In this document: piece after piece, positions 11,761-34,569 of the stretch
How the letters are laid out: the number at the start of each line of letters is the position of its first letter
Position numbering within the stretch: the stretch's first letter is position 1
Source of the DNA: Macrostomum lignano
Lineage: Eukaryota
Assembly (NCBI GenBank): GCA_002269645.1
Contig: NIVC01003827.1
Span: 10,906 to 74,905, forward strand
DNA length: 64,000 bases
Direction of reading: 5' to 3'
Program-made: the position numbers and the translations under genes
Notes under the pieces: generated by a model
Databases searched by the model: none
Told to the model about the DNA's origin: nothing
The model's input: only the letters and a program-made list of their open reading frames with translations

Positions 11761-12534
11761 GATGGAAATTTTTAGCAGGCTGCCACAAGCTGTCTGCTTA
11801 CCCTGTTGTGAAAGCAGACATGATTTATAGAGCCCGCTTGCGTGTCTCTTGTGTGATGCGACAGCCTCTCAAACCTCCCGCCAATGGCAGCAGCCGGACC
11901 GTGAATTGCTGAGAGGTTGCTGCTATGAAGAAACTGTGAGAAATGAGCAGGGATGCTGCAAATCTTGCAGGACTTCACAAGGGCGCTGCCACCCCCAAGG
12001 CAAGACAAAATTAACGAGCATTTTCCCTAACAAGCTAACTAGCTTGAAACTCAACAATGTGGAAAACCGCTTGAATGCTGCAAACTCCCAGATGCCATGA
12101 GGCAGCAGTCGAAGGGAAACTGCCGACTCTGCGTGGGCTGTGTCTGCAACCGAAGTACTTTTATGAAACCTTTGTCACTTTTGAGTCACCATATGCCACT
12201 GTTTATTGACTAATGCTGCTTCCATTCGCTTTGGCGGCTGAGCGGCAGGTGAATATTCATAAAAACTATAATAAATAATAGTATCCGTTAGAAACCATAG
12301 AAACCATAACAACCATAACACCAATTACCATAGTAACCATAGCAACCATCAAGTCCTGAGAACAAGTAGCGTGGAATTTCATGGGAAGCAAGTACATGTA
12401 CCTCGCAAGTTCGAGCCCCACTTTTTGGCCCACATTTAAAGAATTTCGCCAGCTTCCTGTAAGCAAAGTTTACTGTTAGCTTGATTGCTACTTGATTAAA
12501 TAATATCTGAAGAATTTCGTCAGATTAATTTTTA

Positions 12535-13239
12535 CCAGAGGCGCCAGCACCAGAGGCGCCAGCACCAGAGGCGCCAGCACCAGAGGCGCCAGCACCAGAG
12601 GCGCCAGCACCAGAGGCGCCAGCACCAGAGGCGCCAGCACCAGAGGCGCCAGCACCAGAGGCGCCAGCACCAGAGGCGCCAGCACCAGAGGCGCCAGCAC
12701 CAGAGGCGCCAGCACCAGAGGCGCCAGCACCAGAGGCGCCAGCACCAGAGGCGCCAGCACCAGAGGCGCCAGCACCAGAGGCGCCAGCACCAGAGGCGCC
12801 AGCACCAGAGGCGCCAGCACCAGAGGCGCCAGCACCAGAGGCGCCAGCACCAGAGGCGCCAGCACCAGAGGCGCCAGCACCAGAGGCGCCAGCACCAGAG
12901 GCGCCAGCACCAGAGGCGCCAGCACCAGAGGCGCCAGCACCAGAGGCGCCAGCACCAGAGGCGCCAGCACCAGAGGCGCCAGCACCAGAGGCGCCAGCAC
13001 CAGAGGCGCCAGCACCAGAGGCGCCAGCACCAGAGGCGCCAGCACCAGAGGCGCCAGCACCAGAGGCGCCAGCACCAGAGGCGCCAGCACCAGAGGCGCC
13101 AGCACCAGAGGCGCCAGCACCAGAGGCGCCAGCACCAGAGGCGCCAGCACCAGAGGCGCCAGCACCAGAGGCGCCAGCACCAGAGGCGCCAGCACCAGAG
13201 GCGCCAGCACCAGAGGCGCCAGCACCAGAGGCGCCAGCA
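12535..13239. repeat. Perfect 15-bp minisatellite CCAGAGGCGCCAGCA, about 47 copies, in the spacer between the inverted FReD genes
   Basis: Lines repeat identically every 60 bp; the same unit recurs at 36519-37049. Confidence 0.98.
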
Positions 13240-13731
13240 GACAGATCAAGTAAAGATTCAATGAGACAAAGTCATCCTTAGTTGCCGTGACAAGGTAAAT
13301 AATTCCCGTTGAAGAGAAACGGATTTTCGTGGGCTCAGAGTTTACTCTTCAATCTTGATTGTTCTGAGCAAACTGCCAGGGAGCGGAAAGCAGCGCCGCC
13401 CAGTGTCGAGCACTCAGTCAGCGTTGAGAAGCACCGGAAGAGCTGATCGGCACAGGGCGCATTCCAGTGAACAAACACTGCGTTTCACATCAACTTTTTC
13501 GAATTCACATCTTCCAGACTCTTCCCGGCAGACAGAGGCAGCTTTCCCTGCTCATGCAATCTTCAAAATCAAGTTTGCTTCTGAATGCCGGAAGGAGAAC
13601 ACGGATGGAGAAGGATCGATAAATGTATTCGTTCTGCTCGCACCTCAAGCTTGCATAAAAGCGATCCAAGAGACCAGAGTTCCCGCTTAGCGATTCGGTT
13701 TGAAAAACTCTGAACAGCATTTGAACCGCGC

Positions 13732-15493
13732 ATGACCGCTCCTGAGACTTTGCTAAGCCAGCAGCCGATCGCCATCGCCACTCTGCTGCTGGTGACATCG
13801 CCAGGACTCGCGGCTGCCTGTAAGTACTTAACCAACCAAATGGAACGGACTGTACTGTACTGCATCGAATCATTCTATAAATCAACTCTCTCAGACTCCT
13901 GCAGCTACCGTCTGAGGCCGTCACCCGAAATTCACACTTTCGCGGGAGCCACGGCAGCTGCCTCATCGTCTCAGGTGGCCGCTCGCAGCTTCATCGAGTG
14001 CGCGACCTTGTGCACCGCGTGGAAAACCTGCAGGTGGTTCGACTTCCACCAGCTGCATCAGAGATGCTGCATGGCCGACAGGCCGATCGACTGCTGGGGC
14101 TCTGAGACCTCGGAGACTCGCAGCTCCTTCGATGAGCTCACCGACACCTGCTACTCGACAGGTGAAGCTCAGATTGATTTTCGATGAGATCTGCCGGACT
14201 GTCACACTGAGTGGACCAAAGGGCGCACCACACTGAGCTCAACCTCCCCATTGCAGAGCCGCACCCACCCCATTGCAGAGCCGCACCCACCCCATTGCAG
14301 AGCCGCACCCACCCCATTGCAGAGCCGCACCCACCCATTGCAGAGCCGCACCCACCCCATTGCAGAGCCGCACCCTCCCCATTTCATAGACTCACCCACC
14401 CCATTGCAGAGCCGCACCCACCCCATTTCATAGACTCACCCACACCATTGCAGAGCCGCACCCACTCCATTGCAGAGCCGCACCCACCCCATTGCAGAGC
14501 CGCACCCACCCCATTGCAGAGCCGCACCCACCCCATTGCAGAGCCGCACCCACCCCATTGCAGAGCCGCACCCACCCCATTGCAGAGCCGCACCCACTCA
14601 ATTGCAGAGCCGCACCCACCCCATTGCAGAGCCGCACCCACCCCATTGCAGAGCCGCACCCACCCCATTTCAGAGCCGCACCCACCCCATTGCAGAGCCG
14701 CACCCACCCCATTGCAGAGCCGCACCCACCCCATTGCAGAGCCGCACCCACCCCATTTCAGAGCCCTGTCCAAAGCAGGCCGTCGTTGAGGACAGTCGCT
14801 ACTGCGTGTTCATGCAGCGCGTCAGCAACTCGGTTCTGTTCAACCGGACGTGGGCTGAGTACGAGAGCGGCTTCGGCAACTCAGAGAATTGGTGGATGGG
14901 TGAGTCATGAGCAGAGCTGGTGATGGGTGATAGGTGAGTCATGAGCAGAGTTGGTGATGGTGATGGTGAGTCATGAGCAGAGCTGGTGATGGGTGAGTCA
15001 TGAGCAGAGCTGGTGATGGGTGAGTCATGATTGATGTACTGGACAAGTCACCCTGACCTCTCCAGGTCTCCGGTCCCTCCACGCTCTCACCGCAAGCGGA
15101 TCCGAAAAGCTGAGGGTGGAGATGACCTCCTGGGACAATGTCAGCTACTTCTGCGAGCACCCGAACTTCATGGTGCAGAGCCAGCTCACCAACTATACTC
15201 TGACGGTGGCACCGTTTCTCAGCGATCGCTGCAGCGTCAATTACGATGCGATGATTTACCACTCAGGCATGCAGTTCTCCACTTTGGACGCTGACAATGA
15301 CGCTGCATCAAGTGTGCATTGCTCCCGCGAGAGAGGCGGCGGTGGCTGGTGGTTCAAGAGATGCGTGTTGCCGAACCCGACAGGGATCTACTCGAATGTG
15401 TCCATCCACCGCAGGCAGAACATGGTCTGGAAAGTAGAATCTGTTGACATTCCGTTAAAAAGTATCAAGCTAATGGTCAGCGCCACTCCATGA
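13732..15493 (+). CDS. Secreted PAN/apple + fibrinogen-related domain protein, copy B, 306 aa, 4 exons (inverted paralogue of copy A)
   Basis: Exons 13732-13819 (signal peptide ..IAIATLLLVTSPGLAAA), 13895-14161, 14762-14899, 15066-15493. GT-AG, all phase 1, total 921 nt, same intron positions as copy A. FReD motifs GFG..WWMG, GMQFSTLDADND, GGWWF. Confidence 0.88.
14245..14761. repeat. 22-bp minisatellite in intron 2 of FReD copy B, ending at the acceptor
   Basis: Unit CCCCATTGCAGAGCCGCACCCA; the last unit CCCCATTTCAG|AG supplies the acceptor at 14761/14762. Confidence 0.95.
14893..15029. repeat. 27-bp minisatellite (about 5 copies) at the start of intron 3 of FReD copy B
   Basis: GTGAGTCATGAGCAGAGCTGGTGATGG units, the reverse complement of the 10028-10610 array, starting at the donor 14899/14900. 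Confidence 0.9.
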
Positions 15494-15932
15494 GCACTGC
15501 AGCTCCATTCTGTTTGCTGTAGCCTTCACGCTAACTGAGAGCGGAGTGATAATGAGATGACCCACCCTAGTCGAAATGTTACATCTGAAAACTGAAATGA
15601 GCTTAAAACAGCGCAAATGTCTGCCACCTGCTGCACTGGATTCTTGAAAATTACAATGCTTAACAAAACTTAGTAACCTTTTCGTAGTTGAATAAATTTC
15701 ACGTAGCATTCTTCTGGTTCTCTTTGCTTGCAAATTTGTAGCTTTACATAACACCTTGAGTTGGCGACCTACCAGCTGAATGAAATGATGAGGATACACC
15801 GCCTGACACAGACACTTGTCCTTCCTGTTATTTTCTGTTAATCAATCAGATTTTGCTGTCCATGGTAGCAGTCAGTCAGGAGCATTCAGCTACGTGCGTA
15901 TAGGTTCCTAGAAATTACTTCTAGTAGTGCTT

Positions 15933-16280
15933 GGGGTGCGCAGCCCAGTGGTCCAGCGCGGCGCTCTGATGTACCAGCGGCCCAGGCTCGATTCCTAGTG
16001 CAGTCACATTAATTTGGGGCTAAATTGGAATCTCGGCTTGGCTCTGCTCGTGCAATTGACGCCCTTGAGAGCCAACCCCCCAAGGCGCAGTGAAGTGTAC
16101 ATGCCTAATGATAAATAAGTTAGGGCCGCTGTACACTCCTGTGTGAGGTGTGCCTGTGCGTATGACTGCGTACGTATCCGCGCACTTGTGTGCCTGCTCC
16201 GGGGAGTCGGCGGAATGGGCAGTAATGCCTCTCGCCGGTTGTGTGACAATGTCGCTTAAAGTGCGCCAGAGAAACTAACT
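15933..16280 (+). mobile_element. Probable degenerate tRNA-derived SINE
   Basis: A-box-like CAGCCCAGTGG (about 15940) and B-box-like GGCTCGATTCC (about 15985) at tRNA spacing, followed by a non-tRNA body. 3' end and TSD not resolved. Confidence 0.45.
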
Positions 16281-16615
16281 GGTGGTAGTCCTTGATTTCA
16301 AATTTTTGCACTTCTGACTTCAAAGTGAAGAAAATAGCAAAATCCGAAACACACAAGAAAACGTCCTGTCGCAAAGCAGAATGCCAGTTTCCATGACAAT
16401 CGGTTGGCCGAGATTCCTCAATGTATTTTCGCTGGTGCCAATCGGTGCAAAAGTAGCAATCAGGAATTTGCTAATGAAAATACTGGCAGGCCGACCGAGT
16501 CTCTGCAACCATCCACGTCAGGGCTGCTAAACGGCGCAGGTGAGATAATTAGACCTATGCTGCTGCTGGGGACTATTTAACAGTGGGGATTCGATCTATG
16601 AAATATGGTGGGGGG

Positions 16616-27371
<10,756 letters not shown>

Positions 27372-27489
27372 CTGGATTTTGAGGTGGAGATAAAGGCTGA
27401 TTTTCAGGGCTTATTGAAAATGGGATTTTGTACGAGCTATATTACTGGAAAACGTCAATAATCTTCGTACGTAGCTCATAAGTGTAGAG

Positions 27490-27990
27490 AGTCTCTCAAG
27501 CTCCACGCTGCTTTGACCGAACCTCAGAAGTGTTTTTGTCAAGGAGCGAAGCGTAAAGAGCCTCTCAAGCTCCACGCTGCTTTGACCGAACCTCAGAAGT
27601 GTTTTTGTCTATGGGCGAAGCGTAAAGAGCCTCTCAAGCTCCACGCTGCTTTGACTGAACCTCAGAAGTGTTTTTGTCTATGGCCGAAGCGTAGAGAGCC
27701 TCACAAGCTCCACGCTGCTTTGACCGAATCTCAGAAGTGTTTTTGTCTATGGGCGAAGCGTAAAGAGCCTCTCAAGCTCCAGGCTGCTTTGACCGAACCT
27801 CAGAAGTGTTTTTGTCAAGGAGCGAAGCGTAGAACAAGCTCCTTGCTGTTTTGACCGCACCTCAGAGGTGTTTTGTCTATGGGTGAAGCGTACAGGGCCT
27901 CAAGCTTTTTTCTGTATTACCAACACATCAAATGGCAGCTTTATGTCTAGGCATTGCAGAAGCGTAGAGAGCCTCCAAAGCTCTTTACCA
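27490..27990. repeat. 69-bp tandem repeat, about 5 good copies plus decayed copies
   Basis: CTCAAGCTCCACGCTGCTTTGACCGAACCTCAGAAGTGTTTTTG..; 23-aa period in the ORF track. Confidence 0.9.
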
Positions 27991-28018
27991 CGCACCAGAC
28001 GCAGAAAAATCAACTCAC

Positions 28019-28108
28019 TTCGGGATCAATCTGTGCAGCCAGAGATCTGCGATGGCAGGCGCCGCTTCCGCCGGCACTGTTTCCGCCCCTCGAAGTGGCC
28101 TCCGCCAT
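28019..28108 (-). CDS. Candidate alternative first coding exon 1a of the DPP gene (MAEATSRGGNSAGGSGACHRRSLAAQIDPE)
   Basis: AAAAATGG start, exactly 30 codons, donor GAA|GTGAGT in phase 0 matching the phase-0 acceptor at 27371. Not in the ORF track (too short). Confidence 0.7.
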
Positions 28109-29396
28109 TTTTCCAAATCAAATATTTCAGCTGCCTGTCCCTCTCTCCTCGACAAGGGCAAAAAATGATTCTCGTCGTCAAGAAACGAGAAGAAATATCC
28201 CATCCTGCGGTCTTTATGATCTCCTCTTCCATCTATTCCGCCTCTCCCCAACTGCTCATTCGCGCCCGCCATCTGGCGCGTCTCATTTTCGAGCTCGCCT
28301 GCCTCTCCTCCCATCGCTTCCTTCCTCTCTCGCTTCTCCCACTGTCAGAGAGGCAGATGGGAGCTTTCGAGATGGAATTGCTGGCCAAGAAGCCAAAGAG
28401 CTTGGCGGAGGAATAAAAGCGGGGGTTGCAGGTGAGCAATGTCTGCCCTCCCTGCTGTCACCCCTGCTCCTGCCCGCTGCCAAGATGAGCACAAAGAGGA
28501 ACGGCGGCAAAATAGAAGGGATGCCACCTGATGCCGGCTGGAAGACAGCTACAGGAGCTGCTGCACTTCTGCTACTATAAGAAGATTGTTATCAGACTGG
28601 GGATGGTCGCGTAGTGTTGCTTCGTGCCAAATTTCTGGCAATTGTTGACTCTCGGCTTATCAGTCAATTCGGTGTTCTTCCTGGGGTCGCTGGCAGATGC
28701 TGGCAAACATTTGCCGACAGCTGTCACTCGAGCTGTCACTCCGCTGTTGCCTGGCACTCTATTGGGGTATTTCTGTAACTTTCTGCTCACAGACCATCTG
28801 TTTGTCTTTCTGTATTTTTCTTTGCCATTAACTCTTGTCTGTCTCCGCGTGGCTCCCGACAGGTTTCTCTGGTTTCACTCCGTTTTTCACTTCATTTTTA
28901 CTCCGTTTGTCACTCCATTCTCACTCGATTTGTCACTCTTTCTCACAGTTTTTCTTCTCTCCATGCTCGTCCAACCCAACAAGAAATCTGTACTATAAAT
29001 GAGCGGCCCGGATGGGCGGCCTCACTGAGCGGACAGCTCAATACAGAAAGCAGGGACCTGAGACAGCAAGTCACAGATCAAGAAAAGCGAAGATCCATCG
29101 ATGGGATGGAGAATGCGTCACTCGCGTGTCAGGGAGCAGCTCAAGTAACAAGAGCCCATATTGCCGTGCCCCAATGTGCATCAATATTGCCCAGCGCCTC
29201 CGTGTAGAAGGCAAAAACTTATATCGATTTTGCCAAAACCCTCCCTGAGAATTTCAACTGAACCAAAAAATCCCTGCCCACACTCTGAGTGGTCAAGAAG
29301 TTTAACAGCATTCGATTTGGCTGCATTGAGCATACTACTGATTTGAGTAGGCAGCGGGTGCATTCTGGGAGTGCATTCGAAGGGAACGACAAAACA

Positions 29397-30035
29397 TTGA
29401 TCAGGTGGCACCAAATTGATCAGGTGGCACCAAATTGATCAGGTGGGGCCAAATTGATCAGGTGGAGCCAAATTGATCAGGTGGCACCAAATTGATCAGG
29501 TGGGGCCAAATTGATCAGGTGGGGCCGAATTGATCAGGTGGGGCCAAATTGATCAGGTGGGGCCAAATTGATCAGGTGGGCCAAATTGATCAGGTGGGGC
29601 CAAATTGATCAGGTGGCACCAAATTGATCAGGTGGGGCCAAATTGATCAGGTGGGGCCAAATTGATCAGGTGGGGCCAAATTGATCAGGTGGGGCCAAAT
29701 TGATCAGGTGGGGCCAAATTGATCAGGTGGGGCCAAATTGATCAGGTGGGGCCAAATTGATCAGGTGGGGCCAAATTGATCAGGTGGGGCCAAATTGATC
29801 AGGTGGGGCCAAATTGATCAGGTGGGGCCAAATTGATCAGGTGGGGCCAAATTGATCAGGTGGGGCCAAATTGATCAGGTGGGGCCAAATTGATCAGGTG
29901 GGGCCAAATTGATCAGGTGGGGCCAAATTGATCAGGTGGGGCCAAATTGATCAGGTGGGGCCAAATTGATCAGGTGGGGCCAAATTGATCAGGTGGGGCC
30001 AAATTGATCAGGTGGGGCCAAATTGATCAGGTGGG
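29397..30035. repeat. 19-bp minisatellite CCAAATTGATCAGGTGGGG, about 33 copies
   Basis: tgatca at 29531, 29550, 29569. Confidence 0.97.
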
Positions 30036-30619
30036 CTAGATTACGCAGACACGCTGATAAGCCGCTCACGAGATTCCCTAAGCTACAAAAATCTGCAGCA
30101 TCCACCTACCTCATCCGCAGTTGCATAAGCCGATTCCATGAAGCCAACTCCGAAATGACAGAACAGAGCGAGCAAGCACCGGATTTCCAATCACAGCGTG
30201 CCTTCACTTTTAAGGGCCAAATTTTACAATACCTGTCTCTCACTGCCTGTCCTGAACTACTCGCAAGCCGTTTCGGGTGGGAAAGCCTTCAGCCAATCAG
30301 CTCTCAGTTTGAAAATGGGGCCGTTAAGCGAACTGTTTTGTTAAAATAACAACTTGTCAAGCCCGGGATGAAAAATTGCTGACGGAGCAGCGCTGAAGGC
30401 GGATTAGCGAGAATCCGGGGGGGGGATGAGATTGACAAGACGGTGGTGTGACGCTGGCAGCTGCATCAGCTTAAAACCATAAATGCATCTGATATAAGAT
30501 CCTGTGAAATAACTCTGAGCTCCCTATGAGATCCCCGAGAATCCCCCCCGAGATTGCTATGAGATCACTTTGGAATCTCTACTAGATAACTGAGAGTCCA
30601 TGAGTTTCAACCCGAGATC

Positions 30620-30950
30620 CTATGAGATCTCAGTGACCCCATTACAGCTATTCCTTGAGAATCTAAGTGAGACCTAATTGAGAATCTAAATGAGATATAA
30701 TCTTAAGAATCTAAGTATGAGCTAATTAAGAATCCAATCGAGGACTAATGAGATCTAATTAAGAATCTAAATGAGACCTAATTAAGAATCTAAGTGAGAT
30801 CTAATTGAGAATCTAAATGAGATCTAATTAAGAATCTAAGTGAGAGCTAATTAAAGAATCTAAGTGAGATCTAATTAAAAATCCAAGTGAAATCTAATTA
30901 AGAATCTGAGTGAGACCTAATTAAGAATCTAAGTGAGACCTAATTGAGAA
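30620..30950. repeat. Degenerate 23-24-bp repeat AATTAAGAATCTAAGTGAGATCT
   Basis: About 13 imperfect copies. Confidence 0.85.
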
Positions 30951-31486
30951 GGCCAGTGCTATCTCCAGCGCTTAGTCCCCAATCGCATATGAATCGGTGA
31001 GGGATTAATCAACATAGGAGTAAGCTGGCTTAAGAAGCTGAGAAAGGCATAGAAAGTGCTCAAAGCGCTGGAGAATCTGTGTCCCATTCAATTAGCCGAG
31101 CGACTGCCTTCCGGGGCTGGAGATGGGAGAGGAAAAGGGAGGCCCCGGAGCTGCCTCATCTGGCCCCGCCTTTCCCAATATCCTGCCTCTGTACGATGCG
31201 AGCTCTCTGTGCTCCGTGGTGAGGGGTTCTCAGGCGCTGAGCACTCCGGGGTTTCCGCACGACCGGCCGGGCTGCTCGAGAGATTCGGCCGGGTTTCCTT
31301 TGTAAGCCGGGGAAGTTCCCTTTAGTCCCGAGTTCGAATCGACTCCCCAAAAATTAGGGGACGAACTGCGACAGTTGAGGTTAGTCGTTAATCCTTCGCT
31401 GATTTCAGGCATTTAAATCCTTCTGAACTCACTTGTTTTAGCGCTGTAAATCGTTAATCCTTCGTATGTACTGTACTGTATCGGAT

Positions 31487-33355
31487 TGTAGCCTAGTGGG
31501 GGTTGTAGCCTAGTAGGGGTTGCAGCCTAGTGGGGGTTGCAGCCTAGTGGGGGTTGTAGCCTAATGGGGGGTTGTAGCCTAGTGGGGGTTGCAGCCTAGT
31601 GGGGGTTGTAGCCTAGTGGGGGTTTTAGCCTAGTGGGGGTTGTAGCCTAGTAGGGGTAGCAGACTAGTGGGGGTTGTAGCCTAGTGGGGGTTGTAGCCTA
31701 GTGGGGGTTGTAGCCTAGTGGGGGTTTTAGCCTAGTGGGGGTTGTAGCCTAGTGGGGGTTGTAGCCTAGTGGGGGTTGTAGCCTAGTGGGGGTTATAGCC
31801 TAGTGGGGGGTTGCAGCCTAGTGGGGGTTGTAGCCTAGTGGGGTTGCAGCCTAGTGGGGGTTGTAGCCTAGTGGGGGTTTTAGCCTAGTGGGGGTTGTAG
31901 CCTAGTGGGGGTTGTACGAGTAGCCTAGTGGGGGTTGCAGCCTAGTGGGGGTTGCAGCTTAGTGGGGGTTGTAGCCTAATGGGGGTTGTAGCCTAATGGG
32001 GGGTTGTAGCCTAGTGGGGGTTGTAGCCTAGTGGGGGTTGTAGCCTAGTGGGGGTTGTAGCCTAGTGGGGGTTGTAGCCTAGTGGGGGTTGTAGCCTAGT
32101 GGGGGTTGCAGCCTAGTGGGGGTTGCAGCCTAGTGGGGGTTGTAGCCTAGTGGGGGTTGCAGCCTAGTGGGGGTTGTAGCCTAGTGGGGGTTTTAGCCTA
32201 GTGGGGTTGTAGCCTAGTGGGGGTTGTACGAGTAGCCTAGTGGGGGTTGCAGCCTAGTGGGGGTTGCAGCTTAGTGGGGGGTTGTAGCCTAGTGGGGGGT
32301 TGTAGCCTAATGGGGGTTGTAGCCTAGTGGGGGTTGCAGCCTAGTGGTGGTTATAGCCTAGTGGGGGTTTTAGCCTAGTGGGGGTTGTAGCCTAGTGGGG
32401 TTGTAGCCTAGTGGGGGTTGTACGAGTAGCCTAGTGGGGGTTGCAGCCTAGTGGGGGTTGTAGCCTAGTGGGGGTTGCAGCCTAGTGGGGGTTGTAGCCT
32501 AGTGGGGGTTTTAGCCTAGTGGGGGTTGTAGACTAGTGGGGGTTGTACGAGTAGCCTAGTGGGGGTTGCAGCCTAGTGGGGGTTGTAGCCTAGTGGGGGT
32601 TGCAGCCTAGTGGGGGTTGTAGCCTAGTGGGGGTTGTAGCCTAGTGGGGGTTGTACGAGTAGCCTAGTGGGGGTTGCAGCCTAGTGGGGGTTGTAGCCTA
32701 GTGGGGGTTGCAGCCTAGTGGGGGTTGTAGCCTAATGGGGGTTGTAGCCTAGTGGGGGTTGTAGCCTAGTGGGGGTTGTAGCCTAGTGGGGGTTGTAGCC
32801 TAGTGGGGTTGTAGCCTAGTGGGGGTTATAGCCTAGTGGGGGTTTTAGCCTAGTGGGGGTTGCAGCCTAGTGGGGTTTGTACGAGTAGCCTAGTGGGGGT
32901 TGCAGCCTAGTGGTGGTTATAGCCTAGTGGGGGTTGTAGCCTAGTGGGGGTTGTAGCCTAGTGGGGGTTGTAGCCTAGTGGGGGTTGTAGCCTAGTGGGG
33001 GTTGCAGACTAGTGGGGGTTGCAGACTAGTGGGGGTTGTAGCCTAGTGGGGGTTGTAGCCTAGTGGGGGTTGTAGCCTAGTGGGGGTTTTAGCCTAGTGG
33101 GGGTTGCAGCCTAGTGGGGGTTGTACGAGTAGCCTAGTGGGGGTTGCAGCCTAGTGGGGGTTGCAGCTTAGTGGGGGTTGTAGCCTAGTGGGGGTTGTAG
33201 CCTAGTGGGGGGTTGTAGCCTAGTGGGGCGTTGTAGCCTAGTGGGGGGTTGTAGCCTAGTGGGGGGTTGTAGCCTAGTGGGGCGTTGTAGCCTAGTGGGG
33301 GTTGTAGCCTAATGGGGGTTGTAGCCTAATGGGGGGTTGTATCCTAGTGGGGGAC
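31487..33355. repeat. 17-bp minisatellite GTTGTAGCCTAGTGGGG, about 110 copies; main unit contains a consensus Pol III A-box
   Basis: TAGCCTAGTGG matches TRGCNNARYGG. Recurrent TACGA-insertion variant units. The array runs directly into a SINE body. Confidence 0.95.
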
Positions 33356-33668
33356 TATTGGGGCCCCACTCCGATGTTAAAGCGTCGAACTCTCGACTTG
33401 ATGGTCGGGGGTTCGATTCCAGATCCCACTGAAACAAGTTATGTGCTTGAGTAAGACACTTAAATCTGCATCGCTTCAGTTCACCCAGCTGTAAAATGGG
33501 TGCCAGCATTAGCTGGGGTAATTGAGGGTGTGTGGCGACCCTCCAGTCCTTGGACTGAACAGCCGTACGCAGCCTTCAGATGCGCCGCGCAATAGCTGCG
33601 GCTGAGCTGTCGGTTGCACATCTGGCTCATTTGGGGCAGGTGTAATCCTATTATATTATTTATTATCA
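33340..33668 (+). mobile_element. tRNA-derived SINE with CORE-like central domain
   Basis: tRNA-like head ..TTAAAGCGTC.., B-box GGTTCGATTCC at 33410-33420, CORE-like GTGCTTGAGTAAGACACTTAA..CTTCAGTTCACCCAGCTGTAAAATGGG, AT-rich tail at about 33648-33666. CORE similarity is recalled, not searched. Confidence 0.75.
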
Positions 33669-33674
33669 TGCACT

Positions 33675-34160
33675 GTAAGTACTGTATGTACTGTATTTAC
33701 TGTATGTACTGTATGTAACTGTATGTAACTGTATGTACTGTATGTACTGCATGTACTGTATGTACTGTATGTACTATATGTACTATATGTACTGTATGTG
33801 ATGTATGTACTGTATGTACTGTATGTAACTGTATGTAACTGTATGTAACTGTATGTACTGCATGTACTGTATGTACTGTATGTACTGTATGTACTGTATG
33901 TAACTGTATGTAACTGTATGTAACTGTATGTAACTGTATGTAACTGTATGTAACTGTATGTACTGCATGTACTGTATGTACTGTATGTACTGCATGTACT
34001 GTATGTACTGTATGTACTGTATGTACTATATGTACTGTATGTAACTGTATGTAACTGTATGTACTGTATGTAACTGTATGTACTGTATGTACTATATGTA
34101 CTGTATGTAACTGTATGTAACTATATGTACTGTATGTGATGTATGTACTGTATGTACTGC
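33675..34160. repeat. 9/10-bp microsatellite TGTATGTA(A)C
   Basis: Direct reading; a short copy of the same motif also lies at about 31466-31481, on the other side of the SINE-linked array. Confidence 0.95.
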
Positions 34161-34569
34161 ATAAGCATGTCGCCTATCCAGTGAAATCTTTTCTTATTTT
34201 TATACAATCCGATTGCCTCACCAGAAATGCTCCCTCCATACGGCTACTTCAAGTAGAATGAGTAGCTTAACAGGTATTTTATTTAACAAAAAGATTTCCT
34301 TATTCCCAGAATACTTTCAGCTCGATGTCCCAGCTGTTAAATAATTTATTGCGCAAACTCGAATTTTGAACGGAGATCAAGCGAGTCAAATTCGAAATGC
34401 AGCAGGATCCTGTCTGGTCTCCGGTCTGAGCTCCCCGAGGATTTGCGGGGTCAATATGCTTTGTAGGAGAAAATCCCATCAATAAACTCTGCTGCGAACT
34501 CGGAGCAAACTAACTGGGCTGGATCGATTTTCTAACCGTGATTGGGTGAGTGACAGATGAGATTGAGGC

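Noticed and set aside
31433-31443. Possible 11-nt micro-exon TTTACAG|CGCTAAAACAA|GTGAGT on the minus strand
   Set aside because: Good splice motifs but frame-disrupting, with no coding or expression support.
33340-33430. tRNA gene calls at 33.4 kb and 15.95 kb
   Set aside because: A and B boxes are present, but no complete cloverleaf could be folded and both run into long non-tRNA bodies; treated as SINE heads.
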